Shown piece after piece: positions 34,312 through 42,700 of a stretch of DNA of 64,000 nucleotides. The notes beneath the pieces are model-generated. The model was not told the origin of the DNA. It saw only the letters and a program-made list of their open reading frames with translations, and ran no database searches. Positions within the stretch are counted from its first letter, which is position 1; the number at the start of each line of letters is the position of its first letter. Origin of the DNA: Dethiobacter sp. Lineage in GTDB: Bacteria > Bacillota > Dethiobacteria > DTU022 > UBA8154. The stretch spans positions 19,562 through 83,561 of the forward strand of contig QZJM01000020.1 in the NCBI GenBank assembly GCA_003605065.1, given 5' to 3'. The position numbers and the translations under genes are program-made.

Positions 34312-35583
34312 GTGCCTGTCTACAATTTTCGTGCTAAAAACTGGAATGGTGTATGGAAGGAAGGGGTTGTCACCGCCGATGAAAAGCGGGAGGCGGCCCG
34401 AAGCCTGGGTGAGCGGGGTCTTGTCGTCATCAGCATCAAAGATTATCGCGGCCTGCACAAACTCGGAAAAATAAAAGTACCCCGCAGCCTGAGCAGGGAA
34501 GCTTTCGTAAATCTTGGCAAGACGGTAAAGTTTTCTTCCATTTTAAAGACCCGCCCCGGGACCAGGGATTTAATGTTCTTCAGCCGCCAGTTTTCCACGA
34601 TGATCGATGCCGGCATAACCATTCTTAACGGCCTGCAGCTGCTGAAAGAACAGATGGAACACCCCGTCTTGAAAAAGAAACTGGGGGATGTGGCCAAAAG
34701 CGTGGAAGAGGGAAATTCGCTGGCCGAGTCATTCCGGGCCCAAAACGGTATTTTCCCTTCCCTTTTTATAAACATGATCGAAGCCGGTGAATCAAGCGGA
34801 GCCCTGGAAACGGTCCTTAAAAGAATGGCTCTGCATTTCGAAAAACAGCATGACCTGGAACAGAAGATTAAGTCCGCGACTATCTATCCCAAGTTTATTA
34901 TCACCGTCATATTTTTGGCCGTAATCTTTTTGATGACGGTAGTGCTGCCCAGAATTACGGGGATGTTTGAAGGTATGAACGTAAAACTGCCGGCGACGAC
35001 CAGGATGCTCCTGGTCATGGGAGAAGTCCTGAGTTCATACTGGCACCTTGTTTTGTTGGCACTGCTGCTCATCTACTTTGGCCTGAACAGATTTTTAACA
35101 ACGGAAAAAGGTGTTTATTATAGGGACAGGCTGCGCCTCTCCCTGCCCCTGTCCGGCTCTATTTACCGCAAGATCTTAATTGCCCGCTTCAGCCGCACCC
35201 TGGGCATGCTGCTGGCCAGCGGTGTGGGCCTGCTGCAGGCTTTGGAGCTTGTGGAAAAGGTAACCGGCAATATGGTTTTTGAGGATATCATTAAACAGGC
35301 CCGGGAGGGGATTGCAGAAGGGCAGCCCATGGCTGAACCCCTGGCTGCGGCCGCTTTTTTCCCGTCCATGGTCATTGAAATGATCAGCATCGGGGAACAG
35401 ACGGGCACTTTGGATGGCATGCTAATCAAGGCGGCGGAATTTTTTGAGGCCGATGTCTCCTACGTCGTAGAGCGCCTCAGCTCCCTGACCGAACCGGTCT
35501 TAATCCTTTTCATGGCCGGAATTATCGGTTTTATCGCCGTATCCATCCTCATGCCCATGCTTGAAGTTTACCAGCTTTTTTAA
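34312..35583 (+). CDS. pilC: type IV pilus platform protein PilC (GspF family)
   Basis: Two T2SSF domains and three TM segments. GTG start with an AGGGGAGG RBS. Confidence 0.9.
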   Translation: MPVYNFRAKNWNGVWKEGVVTADEKREAARSLGERGLVVISIKDYRGLHKLGKIKVPRSLSREAFVNLGKTVKFSSILKTRPGTRDLMFFSRQFSTMIDAGITILNGLQLLKEQMEHPVLKKKLGDVAKSVEEGNSLAESFRAQNGIFPSLFINMIEAGESSGALETVLKRMALHFEKQHDLEQKIKSATIYPKFIITVIFLAVIFLMTVVLPRITGMFEGMNVKLPATTRMLLVMGEVLSSYWHLVLLALLLIYFGLNRFLTTEKGVYYRDRLRLSLPLSGSIYRKILIARFSRTLGMLLASGVGLLQALELVEKVTGNMVFEDIIKQAREGIAEGQPMAEPLAAAAFFPSMVIEMISIGEQTGTLDGMLIKAAEFFEADVSYVVERLSSLTEPVLILFMAGIIGFIAVSILMPMLEVYQLF

Positions 35584-35666
35584 GGGGGTGATCTTATGAA
35601 GGAAAAACAATCTTTTTAAAAACGGCAGGTTTAAGAAATTATATCAAATAATAAATCTTAAAGGAG

Positions 35667-36096
35667 ATGAAGAACAATAAATTTTAGGAAAAAGTTATTC
35701 CTGCCCGGGAAAAATGAAAAAGGTTTTACGCTGATCGAACTCTTAATCGTTATCGCTATCATCGGGGTTTTAGCGGGGATAGCCATTCCCAGTTTTACCG
35801 GGCAAGTTGATACGGCCAGGGTAAAAGCAGACGATGCCAGCATGACAGCAATAGCCAATGCCGTCAGGGTTTATTATGCTGAACATAACAAATGGCCCGG
35901 CGGGCTCATTAATGATAGTGTTGGTATCAAGTTGGATCCTGATGAGGTTAATACGGATAATAAATTGGCAAAAGATCTTAAAACTTATTTGGATACTATC
36001 CCCAAGCCACAACAGGGTACTGACAAATTTTTCTGGGTAAGAATATCCGCTGGAAAAGTAGAAGTAAAAGTTGGAGGAGCTGCTAGTCCCTTCTAA
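35667..36096 (+). CDS. pilA: type IV major pilin (PilA-like). The frame encoding the pilin is open from 35671 but has no ATG/GTG/TTG before the G|FTLIELLIVIAIIG processing site. The nearest ATG (35667) is in the -1 frame.
   Basis: Prepilin motif KG|FTLIELLIVIAIIGVLAGIAIP plus a conserved C-terminal domain. The start needs a +1 shift in the TTTT run at 35682-35685 or a rare start codon. Confidence 0.6.
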
Positions 36097-36471
36097 GCGT
36101 CATAAAGATAATATAATTTAGATAATATAATTTATTTATCCGGCACGTTATAAGGATGAAATAACTGCTTTTCGTATCAGCCGAACCAGGGGAAATAAAT
36201 TAGGTCTAACCTGATTAACGCTCATAACAGTTCTTTTCGGTCCGGTGCAAAGGCACAGCCATCTTACTTGTTAAGAATCAACTCTAATAATATTCATAGA
36301 AATTAACGGGATTTAAAGAAAAGCGCCGGTGCTCGTTAAAGGTAGGACCCGGAGGTTCCCGGCACTTTAAAACTCTGCCTGGGCTGCTCAGGCCTGGTTT
36401 GGACGTAAAATTATAAGCATGCTGCGCAAACTGCATAAAAGGCCGGGACCTTACGGTAAGAGGTATAAATT

Positions 36472-36894
36472 ATGAGGAAATTGACCCCGGAAGATGGGTT
36501 TACGCTGATTGAAATTGCTGTTACCATTGCTATTCTGGGCCTAGTTATGATTACCTTTGGCTCTTTTTTTACCGGCAGTTATGTCAATGTCTTTGCTGCC
36601 GGGCGTAAAACCCAGGCCCTGAACCTGGCCCAGGAGAAAATGGAGGAATTAAAGTCCAGGGGTTATCATAGCTTAGGGAATGAATACCTGGAAGATAAGG
36701 AGAATTACTCTTTTGCGGAAGAATATCCGGAGTTTGGAGAGACGCAAGGGTTCAGGAGAGAGTTTCGCCTGCAGAGGGAGTCTTTAATGATCAAGGGATA
36801 CGAAGCGGCGGGGATAAAAGTGGAGGTGTCGGTTTCTTACCAGAGCAACAGACGGTCTGTTTCCCTAACCTCCTTTATTAAAGAAGGGAATTAA
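36472..36894 (+). CDS. minor pilin / pseudopilin (prepilin-type N-terminal cleavage/methylation domain)
   Basis: DGFTLIEIAVTIAILGLV N-terminus. 140 aa. Confidence 0.7.
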   Translation: MRKLTPEDGFTLIEIAVTIAILGLVMITFGSFFTGSYVNVFAAGRKTQALNLAQEKMEELKSRGYHSLGNEYLEDKENYSFAEEYPEFGETQGFRREFRLQRESLMIKGYEAAGIKVEVSVSYQSNRRSVSLTSFIKEGN

Positions 36895-36895
36895 A

Positions 36896-37393
36896 GTGAA
36901 CGGGTTTATAACGGCCAAAAAGGGTTTTATTTTAGTAGAAGTTATGGTGGTGGTTACCCTTTTAGCCCTGGTTTTTGGCGCCATCTTTTCTTTGTATTTT
37001 TTTGGTGTAAACTCTTTCGTCAGGGGAACGGTCCGGACGGATATCCAGCAGAATGTTCGGGTTGCCGCTTCCTATATCATTCAGGAAATCCGTTTTGCCA
37101 ATTCTTTAAAAGTATTAAACGAGGGAGTAGAGGGAAGCCCCGGTAATGAAATCGAGTACACAAAACCCGGGGATCCCAGCAACAGGAAGTATAAAATAAA
37201 GAGGAATATAAAAAATGAGGTTGTTTTGCTTACGATTACCGGTTCGTTAACTTCCTCCAATATTATTGCCTACGGGATGTCTGAACTTAGTTTTGAACGG
37301 GGGCTTGAGCATACCCTTGAATTTGCCCTGACCGGCACCGAAGGTGGACAGGATTTCCGGGTGCAGGGCGCTATTCGTCCCAGAAATTTGTAG
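36896..37393 (+). CDS. minor pilin, PilW/FimU-like
   Basis: KKGFILVEVMVVVTLLALV prepilin-type N-terminus. GTG start abutting the previous stop. Confidence 0.55.
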   Translation: MNGFITAKKGFILVEVMVVVTLLALVFGAIFSLYFFGVNSFVRGTVRTDIQQNVRVAASYIIQEIRFANSLKVLNEGVEGSPGNEIEYTKPGDPSNRKYKIKRNIKNEVVLLTITGSLTSSNIIAYGMSELSFERGLEHTLEFALTGTEGGQDFRVQGAIRPRNL

Positions 37394-37406
37394 GTGGGGG
37401 CTGTAC

Positions 37407-37784
37407 ATGCTGCTCTACAAGAACGAGGAAGGCTCAGCGCTGACGCTGGTGATCTTTGTTACGCTGGCGTTATTATTTCTGGGAACTTCCCTGGCTACGC
37501 TCAGCACCACGGAGGTGAGAATTGCCGCCAGCCAGGAGAGAGGGACCCAGGCTTTCTATCTGGCTGAATCGGGGGCAGAAGCTGCCTGGAGGATTCTGGA
37601 GAATGTTCCCGCTTTCCGGGAAAGCTTTCAGGAAAATTATGGCCCGGGAAGATTTGCGGTAACTTTTAGGGATGAACCTGGCAATAAGGTGGTTATCACT
37701 TCGACCGGTATTGTAGGCAGTGCCACAGAGACCGTAGTCCTGGAGTTGGTTCGAGGCTTCCGGGCTGTGTGGATAAGCCAGTAG
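37407..37784 (+). CDS. PilX-like minor pilin
   Basis: N-terminus MLLYKNEEGSALTLVIFVTLALLFLGTSLATL is typical of PilX N-terminal domains. GGTGGGGG RBS. Confidence 0.5.
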   Translation: MLLYKNEEGSALTLVIFVTLALLFLGTSLATLSTTEVRIAASQERGTQAFYLAESGAEAAWRILENVPAFRESFQENYGPGRFAVTFRDEPGNKVVITSTGIVGSATETVVLELVRGFRAVWISQ

Positions 37785-37924
37785 TTTCCAACGTCCCGCC
37801 CACACCTGCTCCTGATCATGAGCATACAAAATACGGGTGTGATCTTGTCCCCCCGTGGTACAGAAGTTCAAATGGTGCCAAATTTTAATGTCACTTATGG
37901 TTTGCTTAAGATAATACAGCGAAA

Positions 37925-38980
37925 ATGGGGTATTCCATGATGCTGAGGAAAAGATATTCACCTGTCGGCCTGGATTTTGCAGATAAAACAATCAGGGCCG
38001 TGCAGTTAAGGCAGGAAAAAAGGAGTGTTACCTTATCCAATTATAAGATTGTTCATGTACCGGACGGCTGCCTGCAGGCAGGGATTATCCAGGACCCGGA
38101 GGAACTAAAAAATATTTTAAGCGAGCTTGTCAAAAGCGAGACTTTTAAAGGGCGAACGGTGAATTTTAACATCAGCGCCCAGCAGGTACATTTCCGTACG
38201 ATTATTTTACCCCGGTTAACGCCGCAGGAGCTTGCCGAAGCTATTTACTGGGAAGCCGATAAATACCTGGAAGGATCTCTGGAAGATCCGGTTGTAGATT
38301 ACCTTACCCTCGGGGAGAAGGAAGATGCGGGAAGAACAGTACTGGAGGTACTGCTCCTGGCCTCTTCCCGGAAGGTTGTAGAGGGTTATGTTAAACTCCT
38401 GGATAGCGCCGGATTAGAGCCTCTGTCCCTGGAAATTAAGCCGGTTTCCTTGTTTAGACTAATGAAACAAATTTACCCCCTCAGTCAGAAGCATTTTGAA
38501 AAGGAATGTTTAATGACCCTGGATATAGGTGATGAGGGGACCACCCTGATCATTATGGACGAGGGCAAATTGCTTTTTGCCAGGAATATTAATTTTGGAA
38601 GAGATTATATTATGAACAAGATTATGGAATCAAACGGGAAAGGAATGCCTCCAGAGGGTCAATTTGCAGAAGATGAAGTTCTTGTGGCGGCGGCAGAGGC
38701 TTTACTGGTGGAAGTGGAACGCTCCCTGGAGTATTTTACCTATTATATGGAAAACAGGGAAAAAGTTGTAAGGCATCTCTGCTTTACCGGTACCGGTTCC
38801 CGTATGCATGGCCTTACCTCTTTTTTAAGCATGAATCTTAATATGGAAAGCCATCATGCCGATCTCTTTTCCTTTCTGGACTTCACGGGACAGCTAAAAA
38901 AGGAAGAGATCGCGGAAGATGCTTTTCAACTGGCGGTGGCACTGGGCTCTTCCCTGCGGCAATGGCCTGCCGGGAAATAG
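37925..38980 (+). CDS. pilM: type IV pilus assembly protein PilM (actin-like ATPase fold)
   Basis: VGLDFADKTIRAVQL N-terminus and an ASKHA fold of PilM size. Confidence 0.8.
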   Translation: MGYSMMLRKRYSPVGLDFADKTIRAVQLRQEKRSVTLSNYKIVHVPDGCLQAGIIQDPEELKNILSELVKSETFKGRTVNFNISAQQVHFRTIILPRLTPQELAEAIYWEADKYLEGSLEDPVVDYLTLGEKEDAGRTVLEVLLLASSRKVVEGYVKLLDSAGLEPLSLEIKPVSLFRLMKQIYPLSQKHFEKECLMTLDIGDEGTTLIIMDEGKLLFARNINFGRDYIMNKIMESNGKGMPPEGQFAEDEVLVAAAEALLVEVERSLEYFTYYMENREKVVRHLCFTGTGSRMHGLTSFLSMNLNMESHHADLFSFLDFTGQLKKEEIAEDAFQLAVALGSSLRQWPAGK

Positions 38981-39007
38981 GTTAAAGAACATCTTGAGGA
39001 GGTTTTT

Positions 39008-42000
39008 ATGGGTTTACGCCTTGTCCTGGGGAGGGCCGGGAGCGGCAAAAGCGAGCTTTGCCTGGGGGAAATTTCCAGAGAGCTGAAGGAGAGGCCGGAC
39101 GGTTACCCCCTGATATATATCGTTCCGGAGCAGGCCACTTTCCAGGCGGAGTATGCCCTCGCTGCTTTTTACGGGCTGGGGGGGACAATTCGTGGCCAGG
39201 TGTTGAGCTTTCGCCGCCTGGCCTGGAAAGTGATGCAGGAGGCCGGGAGCGGGAAGGCCCTCTTTATCGATGATGCCGGCAAGGGTATGGTGCTGCGCAA
39301 GGCCCTGGAAAAGCTTAAGGGGGAGCTCAGGGTGTTCAGGCATGCCGGGGAGCAGGTAGGGGTGCTGGATAACCTCGTGCAGCTGTACAACCAATTGAAA
39401 CGTTCCTGTATAGATGTTTGCCGGTTAAAGGAAACCTTTCATAAGCACGCAGAGACAGGGGAAGGCCTGTCTTCTTTGTTTAAAGAGAAAATGAAGGATC
39501 TTATCCTTATCCTGGAGGAAGCGGAGGGCGAACTGACCGGGCGCTATCTGGATAATGAGGATTACCTGAACCTGCTGGCCTTGCAAATGCCGGGCTCTTC
39601 TTTTTTGAAGGGGGCTGAAGTGTGGGTCGATGGTTTTTACAGCTTTAACAGCCAGGAGTACCTGGTGCTGGAGGGCCTTCTAAAGATCTGCCGGCGGGTT
39701 ACCGTTACTGTCTGCCTGCACCGGGACTGTTCTCCCGGAGAAAAAGTAGACGAGCTGGACCCCTTTTATCCTGCAGCCATAACCTGCCAGAAGCTGCAGC
39801 AAAGGGCCAAAGCCGGAGGCCTTTACCTGGAAAAGGTTATCCTGGCGGAGGAGAACCTGCCCCGCTTTAGGGGGAGGCCGGGCCTGAGTTACCTGGAGAG
39901 AAACCTGCACTGTTACCCGGTTAAACCTTTTGAGGGGGAGGTATCGTCCCTGCGCCTGGCGGCCGCACCACATCGCCGCGGCGAGGTGGAATACCTGGCC
40001 CGCGAGTTGATCGGGCTGATACGGGATGGGGGCTGGCGCTGGCGGGATATGGCTGTAATTGTCAGCAGCCCGGATGATTACCGGGATATTATTTCCACAG
40101 TTTTTGGCGACTACCAAATCCCTTTTTTCCTGGATCAAAAGCGCCCCGTGATACATCACCCCCTGGTGGAATTTATCCGCTCGTCCCTGGAAGTGGTAAA
40201 CCGCAACTGGCGGTACGAGGCTGTTTTTCGCTGTATCAAGACGGAATTTCTCCTTCCCTTTGCTGAGGATAAAAACGAGAGACAGAAGTGGCGGGAGAGG
40301 GCTGACAGGCTGGAAAATTATGTCCTGGCCTTTGGCATCCAGGGCGCTCTCTGGCTGGGGGAAGAGCCCTGGAAATTCCGCCTGAGGGATACGCTGGAAG
40401 AAGAGGACGAAGGGGAAGGGACACTTTCCGGGGGAGAGGAAGCCTACCTGAGGCTGATTAATGAAACAAGGCGAATGGTAAGCGCGCCGCTGATACGTTT
40501 CCGGGAAAAGTTCAAAGTTGCCGGAACGGTTAGGGAGAAAACGATGGCCGTATATGAGCTTTTAAGCGATGCCAGGGCCTGGGATCGCCTGGAGTTGTGG
40601 AGGGGGGAAGCCCTGTACCGGGGCAATCCCGAGAAAGCCAGGGAGCACCTGCAGGTATATAAAGGGGTTATCAACCTCATGGATCAACTGGTGGAAATTA
40701 TGGGGGAACAAAAAATGCCTGCTACTCTCTACGCGCGCATTGTAGAAGCGGGGCTGGAGTCCCTGCGCCTCAGCCTGGTCCCTCCCTCTCTGGACCAGGT
40801 CTTTGTCGGCGATGTGGAAAGGAGCAGGCCGGGGGCGGCCAGCTTTGTTTTTCTCCTGGGGGTGAATGACGGTGTGCTGCCTTCCCGTCCCCGGGAGGAC
40901 GGTATCTTTTCCGAGGAGGAGCAGGAAGCTGTAAGCAGTTGGGGGTTGGAACTGGCACCGGGGGAACGGCGCCGCCTGCTTGACGGGCAGTTCCTAATTT
41001 ACATGGCCTTAACCCGCGCGGCACGCGGTCTGTGGGTAAGCTATCCCCTGGCCGACGAGGAAGGTCGGGCGCTGGTCCCCTCCCTGCTCATGGCCCACCT
41101 GAAAGAGCTCTTTCCTTCCCTGCAGGAAGAACTGCTGGCAGCAGAACCGGATGATGAAGATAATTTGTGGGGGCAGGTTGCTCCTTGCAGTTGTACCGGA
41201 AGACATGGAGATAGTTTTGAAGAAAGCCCTGCCGGTTATGGTGGTGACAGCAGCGTAATTAAATATGCCGGCGCTGCCGGCAGTGAGAGGGAAGGCAGGT
41301 ATGCAGCGGCTTTATGGCCGCATGTGGTTCACCCCCGCCGGACACTGTCGCACCTGGCTGTGAAGCTCAGCCGCTGGAAGACAGGAGCAAAAATTCACTC
41401 TCTCTGGTGGGAGGTTTACAACTGGTATGCTGCGGAAGAACTCTGGCGTGGGCAGGCGAAGCGCCTGCTGGGGGGAATCTTTTATGAGAACCGTGAAAAG
41501 CCGCTGTCCTCAAAGACCAGTCTGCAGCTCTACGGGAAGGAGTTCAAAGCCAGCGTTTCCCGTCTGGAAAGGTACCGGGCCTGTCCCTTTTCCCATTTTA
41601 TTTCCCACGGCCTGCGACTCCGGGAGCGCCAGCTCTACCGGCTGGAGTCGCCGGATATCGGGCGTTTTTTTCACGCCGCCCTGCGCAATTTTGCCCTGTC
41701 CCTGCAGGAAAAAAAGCTGGAGTGGGGGGATCTGGAAAGTCAAAAATGCCTGCAGCTGGCGGCCGAAGAGGTGGAACGGCTGGTACCGCGGCTGCAGAAG
41801 GAGATCCTGCTTAGTTCCAGCCGCTACCGCTATCTGGCCGGAAAGCTGAATAAAACCGTCGGGCAGGCCGTGCTGATGCTGGGGGAACATGCCAGGCGCA
41901 GCAGCTTCAAGCCTGTGGGACTGGAGCTCGCCTTCGGTCCGGGGGGAGACCTGCCCGGTGCAGGCTTTGAGCTGGAAAACGGCTGCCAGGTGGAGCTGGC

Positions 42001-42700
42001 CGGGCGCATTGACAGGGTGGATGTAGCTCACGATAAGGAAGGGCAGGCTTACCTGTGCGTCATCGATTATAAATCGGGACGGACGCAGCTTAAGCTGCCG
42101 GAGATATATTTCGGCCTCTCGCTGCAGGTGTTAACCTACTTGGATATTGTTTTGACCAATGCCCTGACGTGGCTGGGGGAGGAGGCCCTCCCGGCAGGCG
42201 TCCTGTACTTCCGCGTCCACACCCCCCTGATCAGCTCCGGGGTGGTTTTACCCCCCGATAAAATAGAGCAGGAGCTGCGCAGGCGCTATAAAATGAAGGG
42301 GCTGGTGCTGGAGGACCGGGAAATAGTGCGTATGATGGATAACCGCCTGGAAATGGGGTATTCCGAGGTCATCCCCGTGGGGCTGACCAGGGAAGGGAGT
42401 TTTTACCGGAATTCGGCTGCTTTGAGCAGGGAGCGTTTTGCCCTGCTGCGCGAGCACGTACGCCACCTTATTAAGGCTGCGGCAGGGGAAATTGCCGGGG
42501 GGCTGGTGGAGATCGCGCCCTACCGCCTGGGCAGGAGCAAGGCCTGTACATACTGCTCCTATCAGGCGGTATGCCAGTTTGATACGGCGCTGGAAGGGAA
42601 CGGCTTTCGCCTGTTAAAGGGCGGGGAAGCGGAAGGCATCTGGCAGGGCCCGGAAAAAAGGACGGGAAAAGGGAGGGGTAAGGAAGATGACAGGCAGTGA
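39008..42700 (+). CDS. addB: ATP-dependent helicase/nuclease subunit B (AddB/RexB)
   Basis: N-terminal Walker A GRAGSGKS and a C-terminal PD-(D/E)xK nuclease with an Fe-S cysteine cluster (CPFSHF...CTYCSYQAVCQ). Confidence 0.9.
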   Translation: MGLRLVLGRAGSGKSELCLGEISRELKERPDGYPLIYIVPEQATFQAEYALAAFYGLGGTIRGQVLSFRRLAWKVMQEAGSGKALFIDDAGKGMVLRKALEKLKGELRVFRHAGEQVGVLDNLVQLYNQLKRSCIDVCRLKETFHKHAETGEGLSSLFKEKMKDLILILEEAEGELTGRYLDNEDYLNLLALQMPGSSFLKGAEVWVDGFYSFNSQEYLVLEGLLKICRRVTVTVCLHRDCSPGEKVDELDPFYPAAITCQKLQQRAKAGGLYLEKVILAEENLPRFRGRPGLSYLERNLHCYPVKPFEGEVSSLRLAAAPHRRGEVEYLARELIGLIRDGGWRWRDMAVIVSSPDDYRDIISTVFGDYQIPFFLDQKRPVIHHPLVEFIRSSLEVVNRNWRYEAVFRCIKTEFLLPFAEDKNERQKWRERADRLENYVLAFGIQGALWLGEEPWKFRLRDTLEEEDEGEGTLSGGEEAYLRLINETRRMVSAPLIRFREKFKVAGTVREKTMAVYELLSDARAWDRLELWRGEALYRGNPEKAREHLQVYKGVINLMDQLVEIMGEQKMPATLYARIVEAGLESLRLSLVPPSLDQVFVGDVERSRPGAASFVFLLGVNDGVLPSRPREDGIFSEEEQEAVSSWGLELAPGERRRLLDGQFLIYMALTRAARGLWVSYPLADEEGRALVPSLLMAHLKELFPSLQEELLAAEPDDEDNLWGQVAPCSCTGRHGDSFEESPAGYGGDSSVIKYAGAAGSEREGRYAAALWPHVVHPRRTLSHLAVKLSRWKTGAKIHSLWWEVYNWYAAEELWRGQAKRLLGGIFYENREKPLSSKTSLQLYGKEFKASVSRLERYRACPFSHFISHGLRLRERQLYRLESPDIGRFFHAALRNFALSLQEKKLEWGDLESQKCLQLAAEEVERLVPRLQKEILLSSSRYRYLAGKLNKTVGQAVLMLGEHARRSSFKPVGLELAFGPGGDLPGAGFELENGCQVELAGRIDRVDVAHDKEGQAYLCVIDYKSGRTQLKLPEIYFGLSLQVLTYLDIVLTNALTWLGEEALPAGVLYFRVHTPLISSGVVLPPDKIEQELRRRYKMKGLVLEDREIVRMMDNRLEMGYSEVIPVGLTREGSFYRNSAALSRERFALLREHVRHLIKAAAGEIAGGLVEIAPYRLGRSKACTYCSYQAVCQFDTALEGNGFRLLKGGEAEGIWQGPEKRTGKGRGKEDDRQ

